A stretch of DNA of 58,227 bases, counting the filler, from Sphacelaria rigidula (lineage: Eukaryota): NCBI GenBank assembly GCA_964200075.2. It is 6 parts of 6 records of this genome, joined end to end, with 100 filler letters (N's around TTAATTAATTAA, not from the genome) between each part and the next. Parts side by side here need not be neighbours in the genome. Positions count along the whole stretch, not along the records: positions 19,445 to 29,065 come from CAXNAA020008083.1; positions 29,166 to 38,786 come from CAXNAA020008084.1; 4 more parts are not named here. One strand, given 5' to 3'. A program made the position numbers and the translations under genes. Within the stretch, counting starts at the first letter, position 1. Each line of letters starts with the position of its first letter. Of the stretch, positions 23,446-35,639 are shown in pieces. The notes below the pieces were generated by a model. The model worked only from the letters and a program-made list of their open reading frames with translations. It did no database searches and was not told where the DNA came from.

Positions 23446-26400
23446 TTGAATTCGCCACGCGGCGTGGAATGTGGCGTTAGTGGTGGAAAGCATGCGGTAG
23501 GTGCGTTTATTAAACCGCACGTAGCTATATCTGCCCAATAATATGGCGTGATGCATTGTGCTGTCGGGGACAATATATGCCCAGACTGCCAGGCTGGCAG
23601 ATCGAGTGGTGTTGTGAAAGAATTGTACACTGAGGCGTACGGAGTTTCGTGTCGTCAGTGGCGCGGCAGAATCACCGAAACCGCCCCACACGCGAGGTGT
23701 GGTGGTGGGTTCGCAAGCGGCAGTTGCAGCGCCAGTCTGTTTCATGCGTTTCCATGTTGATTCTCGAATAAATGTTTGCGGGCCGGCGCTGTCCAACAAG
23801 GATACTCATTTTGTAGGCGTGATAGCATTTGGACCGGAATCGATCGCAACGCGAGTAGTGAAAGTGGCCGGATCTACAGACACTTTACCGCCGACAAGAT
23901 CCGGACCGTGTTCCGGCAAGGTAAACTGACCAGGATCAGCGGGGCTGACCGCAACAACGCACGGCGGGTGATCCGCCGGTGGGTCAGATGTCTCACCAGA
24001 GAAGGGGGTGGACGGTATATTATTTCCAAGTGTGGCACAGTCAGAGTGACCATTGGCGATTTCGTGAATGGTCGTCTTTGGTTGACAGGGATCACCGTCC
24101 GAGGGGGATCCAGAATGTGCGGGGCTGGAGTCGTCGATTGAGGGAGTAGTGCCGTCAGAATCATGTGATTTTGTTTTTTCCGGGATACTTGATGGAGCCG
24201 TCGAACTCAAAGTCGTCGCATTTTGGAGAGTTCGAGGTCGAGGATTTCCGCTCAAAAGAGGTGTACGTGATGATGCGCGCGCGTCCTTGGGGGCATGCTT
24301 ACGGGACTTTCTCTTTCGCCGCGACAAAGGTCGAGGAACTTCCAAAACATGTTGGGGTGAATCCACAACTACATCCAGTTGGGTGGAAGGGGTCAGCATC
24401 GGGGCATGACGGAGCTAAACTTGTGGGCTGCTTTCCGTAGGCAAGCTTGGCTGTAGGATCATAGGCGAAGATATGTTGGGGCGGTTGTTATTAGAACCGG
24501 CCGAAGGTAGGTTCGTGCGTGTTGAAAATCGCGGGGATGGAGCTCGATCCAACTGATTGGGAATGACATGATCCGATGTGGTCAAGTTCAAATCAGCAAC
24601 ACTTTGGTCAGCTGCAAAAGGCGTGCTACGACCTGTGCGTGCGGTTGCTGTGGGAAGCCTTTACCTCAGGGACTGGCGGTTGGTCTTCTCACACCTCAGA
24701 CCTATACTCGGCACTGAAAGACCAAGTTCAAAGCCGGGTGTTGGTCTGGGTCGTGGGGTGACACAACTGTTTCGCGATGTGTGGAGGGGTGAAGACGGGG
24801 GTCGATATGAACGACCGTCAGATGCACTCCTGCCTAGTGCCGGGGGAGCCGGGCGAACAATCTTAGTCGCGGGCTCTGCGGGCTGTGTTGAAAATTATGC
24901 GGAGGTTGTTCAGCGGAACGTTTGTTGTCGCGAGAATGTTGATCGTTCAGGCGAGGGCTTCCGTGATAGTTGTTTGTCGGCGACCGCGATCAGAGCTTTT
25001 GTTGCCACGCTGGTTCGAATTGTTACGGTACTTTCGTTAGGTGGGAGGTAGTTGCGCATGCGTTGTTGCCGTCGGCGCCACGCGGGTTCATTGTCCTGCA
25101 ATTCAGGGTTCACGAGATCAAAGGCATTGATGCATGGACTGTCGCAGTCGCGCATACTGTGGCCTTGAACACTATAGTTGATGAAACTGTTAGCATGACT
25201 GCTGAAGGCATTGCGTCAAGCGGAAGACGAAAGCAGTGGGTTCCACAAATGGGGGTCATCGCTAATGAATGCCGTTGTTGAAGTCAAATAAATATTATCC
25301 CAAGTTCCCTCCAAAAACGGCCAACCATCAAAACTCGCGCTAAATGCATCTCTCTCTGGTACTCTGAGCATGCATAACTGAACCGGCGACCGAGTCGGGG
25401 GTCCATGAAGCGCGAGGTGAGCTCGAATTCCTGCCGCGAGCCTCTTGGGCATTAGCGGCCGACACAACGGTAGGTTGTGAACGCACAGACGTAGAAGGTT
25501 TGCCACGTATGGCGGGCGTTAGATTACCCTCTTGGTGTACAAACGCAGACCACATAGCATCAACGGAGGCGTAAAGCACCTCGCGATGCGTCAAGACACC
25601 CGGAAACAAGGACGGCATGACAGCCGGATACTGTCGAACAACGCTATTGCGAACGTAAGTCTGACACATTGCATCGCTCGTTCCGTTCTGGCGTCCTACA
25701 CCCGTCGTACCCGAAACCAAAAGCTTAAGTTCGCAGAGATGATCCGCGAAGGGGACATCAGATATGACGACAAAACAACTCAGCCTTTATATGGCGCTGG
25801 CCTGGTCACTTTCGTCGAAGTAACCAATTAAACGCCTCGCCAAATCAGAGAGTAATGCCGGGCCTGCCTTCCCCTTGGCACAGTCCGGATCCATCTCGGC
25901 GAGGAAGTCGTCGAGAATCTGCGTTCAAAAATCAGCGAGGTCGGGAGAGCGGCGGCTGATGGATCGATGCGTTGCTTTGTGGAGGGGAGTCTGCCAGCCC
26001 TCTACCCAGTCGGAATCTTCGAAACGTTGTGTGCTAGTCGCATCCGCCGAGTGAGGGATGCTAAGAACAGTACGGCGGATGGATGTGATAGGGGCAGAAG
26101 TAAACTGGCCCGAAACTTCGTTATTCGCAGCCGGCATGGTTTCAATGTGCCAGAGTCTTTTTACATCCGTCTGAATATACTGTCTCTGTATTGCAGCTAC
26201 TTGGGCAGACTCAGCTCTATCGGAAGCTGCTTTTTTCCTAGCTTCGGAACGTTCTTTGTCAGGCGCAGCGGTTGCTAAGGCGCGGGCTGCAGTAGAAGAC
26301 AAAGGACGGTCAGGTGTGTCCGTATCGGATAAACCCAAAATAAGGGCCGAAACATCAGCCAATTTAGGGATCACTCGCCTGGGGGTCGCCGGACCCGAGG

Positions 26401-28990
26401 GGGGAAGGTTTGTACCAGACCGGTTTCAGCCAGTGACGGAAGAACCGGAAGAGTTACCTCCGGATTTCTTGGGGTGCGATATACGAGGCGGGTGGTTCGC
26501 TCCGGAACCGCCCGAAGAAGATCCTTCACCGCCATGGCGGCGGCGTGAATTTCCGCCATCGTTATTGTCGTCATCTCGCCGGTGTTTGTTTTGGCCTCGG
26601 CAATTGGAGCTTGCGGGAGTCCGCCCATCTTCATCTTCATCTCCGTCGGCGATGGTGGCGCCGGGATCAGTGTTGGAGGCGGCGCGGAGCGCCGCAAAAC
26701 GTTTGATGACAGCGTCAACGTAAGTCAGGTGTTCCTGGTGATTGCCAATTGTCGCATGGAGGACCAGTTGACCCAAGGTGAGCACCGATACACCATCTTT
26801 ATGAAAGAAGCCGCTCTGGTCCACGTAAACGCAAACGGCGTAAAGCATTTGCTGCGAAATGCGGGTCCATGCGTCGCGGGAGCAATAAAGGTGGTTGTTG
26901 TGATGGAAGGGACCTGTGTAGGCGACCACGGAACGAGAAAGCCACTCTCGCTTGTGGGGCGCCCGTTGCAAGTCTCGGGCAGGGACGATATTCGCCACCG
27001 GGCTAGCTCCACGAGGTGGTGTTGGAGCCGTCGTGGGGGCGGCAGCGACCGCAGTACACGGCGTATTGTCAGACTTAGATGGTATTACGTAAGAAGACAT
27101 ATTGGTCGGTGGCTGGCGGGAGGCGCGACCACCGGGCGTGTTGGCGATGGACGGCGGAAAGGCCAGATGATTAGAGAGACGGGTTCCCGACGTGGCCGCG
27201 TCTTGAGCAGTGCGGGGGACATGCTCCTTGAGGTCTTTAACGCGTTGCTGGGGCGCCAACACAGCAGTGCGACCTTCCTGTAATGCGCGTTGGGCCGCGG
27301 AGTTGGAAGTCTGCGCCTGGGTAGCCTGGCGCTGAAGGTGTTCATACATTGAGGCATGTTCTTCAGACAAGACCCGTGCCTTAGCAGCGTCGCCCTCCCT
27401 CTGCTGCTCCAGGACGTCGTTAGGCCGTGCCGGAGTATGTGTGGCGTAATCCTTGATAGGTTCAAGCTGCTCCGCGCGGAGGCGGTTCCGAAAGAGCCTC
27501 AAGATGAGGCCAGTCGGGCAGCGCTCGTCGCCGAGCGGAGCGAGACCCTCCACGGATGAGGGCGAGCGCACGGGGGCATTGTTGACGGGGCCAGTGGTTG
27601 GACCACTGTCAGCGTCTGTGTCAGCCGTAGACGTGGCGGCGGCGGTTGTGAGAGTCGTCGCAGGGGTGGCTGAAGGCGCAGCGGCCAAGGTAGCGGCGGC
27701 GGCGGCAGGTGGTGCGGCACCAGTAGCTACAGGGACGCGAGTGGGCTCCGTGGTGATCATGGCTGCAGCAGAAGCGGATGTAGATGTGTCCATGGTCGAT
27801 AGTTGTCGCTCTAGGTCTGTCAGTCGTTGCCGAAGAGAACGAATAATCGCAGCATCGGAGCGGGACGGTGGTTCGCGGTCAGTGCGGGGTCGTCGGTTAT
27901 GCGATGAGGTGCGGCCTGATCCTTCAATTGAGGATTCGAGAGCCGGTGACATGTCCGAAAATATGTTCTGAATATCATCAGCATGTACAGTGTTGTCATT
28001 GCGTACATGACGACGGCGTGACAAATGCGGAGCAGGAGAAGTGCGCGCGGGTTCATGATCGGTGTTCTTTGAGCGCGTGTTTGAAGAGCTTGATCTGTCC
28101 CGCGAATCATCCTCGTGAGCACGTTCACGGTTGGCGTTCACCGGGCGCTTTGGGGCGCGCTATGAATTGGAACTGTGGCGGGAACTACCGTCATATTCGC
28201 GATCATGAGCGACGTTCTTCGGGCGTGTAAAAACGCGCGATGAATTCAAGCTTTGCTGGAAGTTGCCCTCAGAACTGCCAGATCGGGAGACGTGGTCGTG
28301 ATCAATTGTCGGTGTGCAGCGCCGGTCAGAAGCGCGAGTAAGACTCTTGTTTGACGTTGAGGTGGGGCTGGCCTCATGCTCGTTGAATTTTGCATGAGTG
28401 ACGAAGGAAGGACGCGATGTCGCCGATCGGGGTGCCAAACGTGTGGGTTTGGGCGTGGCAGGTGCAGAATCATCCTTGAATTGCACGTGAGCAGACGCCG
28501 ATTGATCGTGGAGCGTGGCCTGGCAGAAAGCCGTAATTGCCTCGATGAGAGCTGAAGCTGGCAATTGTGACGACGCCGATGAGATGCGATGCAGAGTTTG
28601 CATGGCAGCATGCATGGCCGTAACTATGGGTCCGGCATTGGACTGCGCAGTAGGGCGCACGGGACTATCGAGAGTCGTGCGGTGGGAGCCCGTAACGGAA
28701 GTAGCCCGCGTGACAAAGTCTCTTGCTCCAGAATCGATACGCTTCGTCGGGACAGCATCGTCTCAAGAGTTGTCAGTCGCCATGCGACGAGATACGGAAA
28801 TATTCCGCGTGGCAACGTCTCTTGCGCCAGAAGCGATACACTTCGTCGGGACAGAATCGTCTCGAGAGTCGTCAGCCGTCATGCGACGGGGTGCCGCGGT
28901 TGAAGCAACCGTTACAGGGCCGAGCTGGACACGTGTGTCCAAGGGCAATGACTCAGCTGCGGGCACAATTCTGACTTCGGATTCCACATT
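23446..28990 (-). mobile_element. Second family A copy (gag to protease), truncated at both ends
   Basis: ORFs 28160..28660, 26426..28141, 25925..26374, 25340..25720, 23806..24399 and 23428..23799 match the translations of 11737-17800. Confidence 0.9.
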
Positions 28991-30553
28991 GGAGTCATCC
29001 TACGATAGGGGGGGGGGTATTTCGTTGCACGAAAAAAGAGGCTAAGAAGTGTGAGAGAGAGAAATNNNNNNNNNNNNNNNNNNNNNNNNNNNNNNNNNNN
29101 NNNNNNNNNTTAATTAATTAANNNNNNNNNNNNNNNNNNNNNNNNNNNNNNNNNNNNNNNNNNNNTGAGCCAGGGACAGGGTACACCAACTTTGCAGTGA
29201 TATCACTCCCGGCAACAGCCCCCCCCCCACTGGTCGTTCTGATGTCGTCGATAAATTTCGCCTCACCCTGATTGGACAGGTCGCTCCCAGACTAGTCTAT
29301 TAGTATTTTACTAACACGTCGTGAACGTGGTGTTAGTGAGCTTCAGTCCCAAAAGGGTCAAATACATATGATTTTCTTTTCTTGGAATGTGGAGCGGATA
29401 CGAATATCTTCAGATCTCCAATGTGATCAGCGGTGGTAAGCGAAAAGAGCGCAAGAAAATCGACAATTACGAAAAAATAAAAAATAAAATGCCACGAAAT
29501 GAATAATTAGACCGCCCACTACTGTTGTGTATCGATAAAGCTCCTTGTTGAATATTAGCAGCTCATATTATACATTATTCCATACATGAGGTATCGCATT
29601 GTGGATGTGATTGACGAGAAAAAATATTGATGCGATGCGAGTATCACTACAAAACACGTCGTCCTATGCATGGTGTACGGTGTTGTGCTGGAACAGCTTT
29701 CAACCATACATGCACGGGAATTTTCTTTTTCCTCCCCGCTTCCTGAAAGCAGTACTTGAAGACACCCTTCCCCGCCACAGTATACCACAAGTAAATACGT
29801 GAACAGCAGTAGTCCATTTTCCAGACAGACCCAGCAGTAGTTTCCACCAGGTAGGATAGCAGTCATGTCTGCTAGAGGTCATGTTTCATGCTTTCGTGTA
29901 GGAACACGACATCTGCTACCCGATCCCCACTAAGGCGGTGTCGGGTCTTCGTTACCACAAGACCGCCTACGGAGAATACGCGTTTGCACGCAGCAGATGA
30001 AGCTTGTACTGCAAGCTACTTACGGGCTAGGATGGCGACGGTATTGCCTACAGCGCGTGCTTTGCCCTTGCCCGCTCCCTTCATTGTGTGAAGTTTCGGG
30101 TGACCCTCAGTATGCTGCTAGAGTGCCGCGCCTCGTGGCGTGCGGTATGCTATGTGCTGCTGCGTACTGCTATATGTTCGTCGTTGCCAGCGTATTTTCG
30201 GGAGTAGAGTCATGTCCTCAGTCGGTGGCTCCGCGGTGCCCACTGGTGTGTGTCTGCATGTACTCTGCTGCCATGAATCCCTTAGACTTTTTTTTTTTTC
30301 CCATCGTCCCTTTGTATTTTTTTTATTTAATTTGTAATTTCCTCCTGTTTTCCTCTTTCTTGCTTTAGGTCGGCCATTGCTTTCCGCGCTTCGTTTGTGT
30401 CGAAACTGTATTACTTTCTTTTGTCACGGCTTAGTCTGCTATGTCGTTCTGTTCGACCCCTCTTTTTTTCTTCTTCCTGTTCCTATTGTTTTCTGTTCTT
30501 TTTTTCTTTTCTTTTCCTTATATAGCGTGTTTGAATTCCGTTTTTCTTGAGAA

Positions 30554-30626
30554 CGTCTTTCATGAGACCACGGCTGAACCCTTGGGGGGTCAGTTAAAGT
30601 GCGACAATCAATCAATCAAACAATCA
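30554..30626 (+). repeat. Probable LINE/SINE 3' terminus with (CAAT)n tail; the upstream T-rich region may be its 3' UTR
   Basis: Near-identical to 55672-55744. Confidence 0.6.
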
Positions 30627-31252
30627 GAGTCGATGAGTAGACACATTCATCGATCAATTTTTGCGCCGCAGAAAAAAAAAAAAACGTTACACAGCGCAAA
30701 CGCCTCTTTCCTTTGGAAAAAACCACCTAATCAAGTCTAAATCAAGTTATTTTGACTTGGTTGATTTAAGTTGATAAGTTGATATGAATCAACTGATCAG
30801 CGACGCGTTGATCTGATTGTCGATATAAATGAAATGAACTTCTAAATCAACAATCAACCGTGATTTATGAGTTGATATACAACCCTACTCCAGAGGGGAT
30901 TTCTGTGCACGTTGAGGGGATTTTGGGGGGGGGGGATCGCAGCGACAAATCAGCAGTCGTTTTTGAAAAACGGGATTTTGAAAACGGGGATTGTCCCCTT
31001 CGTTAAGAAGGATCCAAACCCATCTCAAATGCAATCAAAAAGTGTCCTGGGCCTTCCTCGTGGAAAAATCGAGCAAGCCACTGAAATGCGAAGAATCCAG
31101 TCGATCGGAAGAGAACCGTGGAAGGCCTGCTGCTCACTGCTCACACGACAGATAAACTGCCCTGCTCCATGGCTATTCAGCCGTGCTTTCGGCATATTAT
31201 CAGGTCACTTTTGAAGAGAAAATTATGAGGGGTCTAAACGTTACACTTGCCA

Positions 31253-31720
31253 CAGTGTTACACGTTACGTTCACGTTACGTTTTGGTCGAAATGTAACGT
31301 GAGCGTGGAAGTTTTAAATCGTGATGAACGTAACGTGAACGTAACGTGAATTTTGAAATGAACCGTTGACGTAACGTTACATTTTTTGAACGTGCCAAAC
31401 GAAACTTAACGTGAACGTCAATTGCCCAAATGTTCAAAACACGTGAGATGAAATCTTCATGCAACGTGTAACGTCAGTTATCTAATAGTTTCGGCCAAAA
31501 CGTAACGTGAGCGTTGAATTTTAAAATCGTGATGAACGTAACGTTATTTTTTTTTAACGTGCCAAACGAAGCGTAACGTGAACGTCAATTGCCCAAACGT
31601 TCAAAACACGTGAGATGAAATCTTCATGCAACGTGTAACGTCTATTATCTGATACACGTTACACGTGCATTAGACGTTACACGTTACATGAAACGTCACT
31701 AACACGTTACATGCACCGGT
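31253..31720. repeat. ACGTTAC/GTAACGT motif-rich repeat (subterminal array of a non-autonomous DNA transposon, hAT-like) with internal duplication
   Basis: Dense GTAACGTGA motifs; 31296-31490 is repeated at 31501-31650. A related array lies at 33030-33395. Confidence 0.55.
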
Positions 31721-31809
31721 GCACACTTATAGTTAGCAATTAATTTTGAAATCCTAGAAGACAAAGTAAATAGTAACTACTATGCAAGGACAGGCCGTTT
31801 ATTTTGCTA

Positions 31810-31985
31810 ACGGTACAAGGTTACAAGCACAGGCTGTACTTGTAACCTTGTACCACTGTACTTCCGACTACAGGCTGTACTCTGGAAGCACAATAGTGCA
31901 AGGTTACAAGTACAGGCTGTACTCGCGAACACAGTATTGTAGTGCAAGGTTACAAGTATAGGCTGTATTTGCGAACACGGTACTA
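31810..31985. repeat. Short tandem repeat, about 45-bp unit (gcaaggttacaagtacaggctgtact)
   Basis: Three to four diverged units, with one partial inverted unit. Confidence 0.6.
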
Positions 31986-32526
31986 GGTGGTTGCTGCACT
32001 ATGCAAATCCGACAGTAGTAGTACAAGGATACAGACACCCTGTACATTGCACACACAGCATTATAGTACGAGGTAGTCAATCATTTCTTCGCAACAACGG
32101 GAGGCAGGCTCGCATTTGGCAGCGGTGACGTCGGCAATGTCTCTAATTCTACACCGTCTTGACTGTAAGGTTCAAGGTTACATGCAGATGCACGTACATG
32201 GTAGTCCATGCAGATGCAGAGGATATAACTTCTGCCTGCACTACGGTACACGTGCAGGCTCTACTTTGTTTTGAAACACCCGTAACCCTCTCAGAAAAAA
32301 AGTGGGCTCCCGAATAAAAAACAACGCGAGATCGGTCAAAATAAAACGGAAGGGTGGAGTTTTATTTCCTTCCATATGAGGAGATATAATTTTCCCGCTA
32401 GATGAATGCATTGATTGCCTGGACCGCGGTGTAAACCTGCCATATATACATACATGCATACATACGTGCACCTGCCTTTGACGGCCGTGATGAAGTATTC
32501 TACTTGTCCATGTATACATGTATCTC

Positions 32527-32750
32527 ATTTCCACCGCGGAAAGCGTGAGAACGTGAGTGAACAAAGTAGTCGACTGAGTTTGTTTGACGTGAGTTGACGC
32601 GGTGCGGGCGTGGTGATAGTCATGATCCAACCCGCGAGACCAAAATGCAAGACGTGTACGGGGGAGAGATGGGTCGATCCCTTGAGACCACGGACTCGTC
32701 CCAAGGAAGAGGCGTGGTTCAAAGTGCGACGAATAAATGAATAAATATAT
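32527..32750 (+). mobile_element. SINE family 2 copy (5'-truncated)
   Basis: Aligns with 39623-39830 and ends aagtgcgacgaataaatgaataaa. Confidence 0.7.
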
Positions 32751-33029
32751 AGCATGTACACATATGTAGAACCAAGGGTACCCGATATAGTTTTGTCAGC
32801 GAAATGTCGGGACGACTCAAGCCAGCATTCAATCATGTTCACGATCTGTTGCGTGTATAGTACGAGCTGTCGTGCGAATGACCAAGCATTTGAAAATTGA
32901 AAATTGAGAACGAAACGATGAAAAGAAAAGAGGAGATATGCAAGTATTATGGCCAAAGACGAATGAATGATACACTGTAGAGAAAGTTACGTTGCATACT
33001 CAGGAAATGCGCCTACGCTCAAACACACT

Positions 33030-33395
33030 AGGGGTCAGCGTCACGTACACTGTAACGTCACGCGTTACACGACACGTTACAACGCCTTGAACACCGGTAA
33101 ATGAGCCGCGTCATGCACAAAATGAAACTTTACATTTGAATGTTACACGTGTCAACGAAACGTTATATTAGACATTACACGTGACATTGAAACGTTTCAT
33201 ATTGCGTTACATGTACCGAAACGTAGCGTTAATTTTTTTAACGTGATGAACGTTACGTGAACGTTACGTTGGTTTTTTCGATGAAACGTTCATGTAACAA
33301 TAATTATTTTCAACGTGCCAAACAAAACGTAACGTGAACCTTGAATTTTTAAATCGTGATTTACATAACGTGAATGTGTCACGTGTAGAACCATG
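33030..33395. repeat. Second ACGTTAC-rich array related to 31253-31720
   Basis: Shared blocks aacgtgccaaac.aa.cgtaacgtgaac and aaatcgtgat. Confidence 0.55.
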
Positions 33396-33699
33396 AAAAT
33401 TATGCTGAAACAGTACATGATCCCTCCCGGGGATGATTGTACAGCCAGTTATGGGTCAGAATGGGGGACCATTTTGGGTGCTATAATTCGGGAAAGTGCA
33501 CACCGACCACTGTATCAGTGTTATTCCTTTTCAACAATATGGAGGCGGTATTTTTAGAGATTAGGCGGTCCAACGCAGCACACCTGACGTCTGATGCAGC
33601 TGAAACTTGACGTATGTGTGGATTGAAGCCGCAGCTACGTGTTGACGCAGCAGTTGCGGTGGCCCAACGCGTTTTAAGCGCAGCGTGGCTTGAAACGAT

Positions 33700-34047
33700 G
33701 ATAATGCGGTATCAAAGACATGTGGCGAATGGAAGACGTGAGGGGCGGCGGACGAGAGAAGGCAACAGGTATCCTTGGCAGCGGGTGTTGGAGGTGACGG
33801 CAAAGGCGTGGCCCTCAGCGGTAGGGGCCTGCAAAAACTCCCCCTCGTACGCCAACCTCCGCGAACATTCTGCAAGGCCCCCACCTTTAAGTGCCCGGCA
33901 ATAATCCCGCGATTGCGCCAATCTCCACGAACATGCTCTACAGCCCCCGCCTCTTGGTCACTACCCTTACTGTCATCCATGATCATGCGATATGGAAGAC
34001 ATGTGGCGAAGGGAAGACGTGAGGGGCGGCGGACGAGAGAAGGCCAC
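33700..34047 (+). repeat. Pair of about 68-bp direct repeats (33700-33768, 33981-34047) around an internal pair of about 33-bp repeats
   Basis: aagacatgtggcgaa.ggaagacgtgaggggcggcggacgagagaaggc.aca occurs twice. Confidence 0.7.
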
Positions 34048-34921
34048 AAAATGGCGCCCGGGGTGTCGAGATTCGCGGCAGTACTGCTTGAATAGTAGCG
34101 CCAAAGGCACGCAGATGTAGAAGGACGACAAGGGGCTACCTTTTTGCGCCCCTCCTCCCAGAGAAGAAAGGAAGCGGTTGGTTAAAATGCCACGAATCCT
34201 CGCAAGGCACACAAGGTAATTCACTCCTTGCAAGGGATACCGGGGCAGAGACGAGTGGATCTCTTGAGACCTTAGATCTCTGTAGGAGAACTTTATCGCC
34301 GATAAACGATGACGATACTTTGCATATCTTCTTGCGTGTGTTGGGTGCCCAAGCCAACAATATTGGCAAAGAAGATTGTTGGCGGGTTTGCGGGTTTTGA
34401 TTGCTTATCCCCCACCATTTGTTCGAGTCATTTTTGTCCGCTTTGATCTGGAGTATTCATGTTACCACAAATGTAAAGAAGAGCTCACACGTCCTCGACC
34501 GACACTTTGGAGTAATTTTTCACCTTCATATTCTAGTTACCACAGTTTCACAGATTTGCTTTTAGAGATGAGATATGCATATGTTTCTAAACACGCCAAT
34601 CACTTCCTTCCATGTTCCGCCTTTTCTCCCTGCTCCCGTGTTGTTGTATTGTACTTCTTGTTTCTTCACTTTACCCTTTTTCCTTATAGATTCCTCAAAT
34701 ATTCCTTCATGTTTTGGCTTCTCGAGTTTCCTTCAGACACTCCTTCCGTTTTGTTCATCTCGGATAGGTCTATCTTGTGACGGCGGCCGAATCTCTCACG
34801 GTGGTCAGTTAATGTGTCGGTACTATAGGAATACTGCAACTGCGTAGTAATGTTTTGGCGCAGATCTCCGGGAACAAGAAGACGAGACTACAAAATAAGA
34901 TATTACTGCTTATTTAATCTG

Positions 34922-35208
34922 GGAGAGTACACTCATGATCATGCATGCCATAGTCATCAGACCATTGACCTCGCATCCCTACAAAGCCGGGACGGAGCAC
35001 GCCCGNNNNNNNNCTCTCAAACCACCATGCGCGAAGCGCCGTAGTGTGTTCGGCGAGTCGCATGAGGGGTGAGCTGCATTCTGCTGAGATTGTTCGGCCC
35101 GAGCCTACTGATTATATTGCATTTGGATGACAGCCTACAATGGGTTGCTTTTTTTTCTGGTGTTGCCACTTCCAGAGTCAGCCACGGCTTTTTACACTGC
35201 CTCATGGG
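34922..35208 (+). repeat. Repeat family C, copy 4 (partial)
   Basis: catagtcatcagaccattgacctcgcatccctacaaagccgggacggagcacgcc matches 517-573. Confidence 0.7.
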
Positions 35209-35471
35209 TAATATGGAAGGGGGGGGGATTTTTAGTTTTTTGGGGGGGAATTTTTTTTTTTGGCAGAAGGCGAGCGCAATACGCAAAACGCAATAGAACA
35301 GCTCGGCTTTACAAAATGGAAAACACAAAAAAACACAATTAATTATTTCGGTATAAATTATTCAAGATTCATACCGGCGGTGGAGGAGCGACGGTCGACC
35401 GCGTGAGATCGGTAGAAAGAGGAAACGTGGAACGGGCTGTAGCGTTGAGGCCGTTGGACGAAATGAGCAGA

Positions 35472-35639
35472 AGAAGGATGTGAAAGGGGAAGTTTTGAGG
35501 TGATGCAGCAACGGAGAGGACGGCAGGAGGGTGAGCCGCCGGCGAACCAGAAAGCCCCCTACAGCTGCCGCCGGCTCACCCTCATACCGTCCTCTTCATT
35601 GCTGCATCACCTCAAAACTTCTCTTTTCACACCCCTTCT
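35472..35639 (+). ncRNA. Candidate pre-miRNA-like hairpin
   Basis: About 68-nt arms with about 30-nt loop; several arm differences are G:U-compatible on the + strand. No TSD seen. Confidence 0.3.

Noticed and set aside
11737..28990. Apparent 17-kb giant inverted repeat (A-B...B'-A') or a single element with two RTs
   Set aside because: The A-B junction is an artificial linker (19345-19444), the two RTs are different families and the copies are well diverged.
34080..34240. LINE RT motif (GAQKGSPLSS resembling PQGSPLSP)
   Set aside because: No flanking RT motifs (AFD, YADD) at the proper spacing; probably chance.
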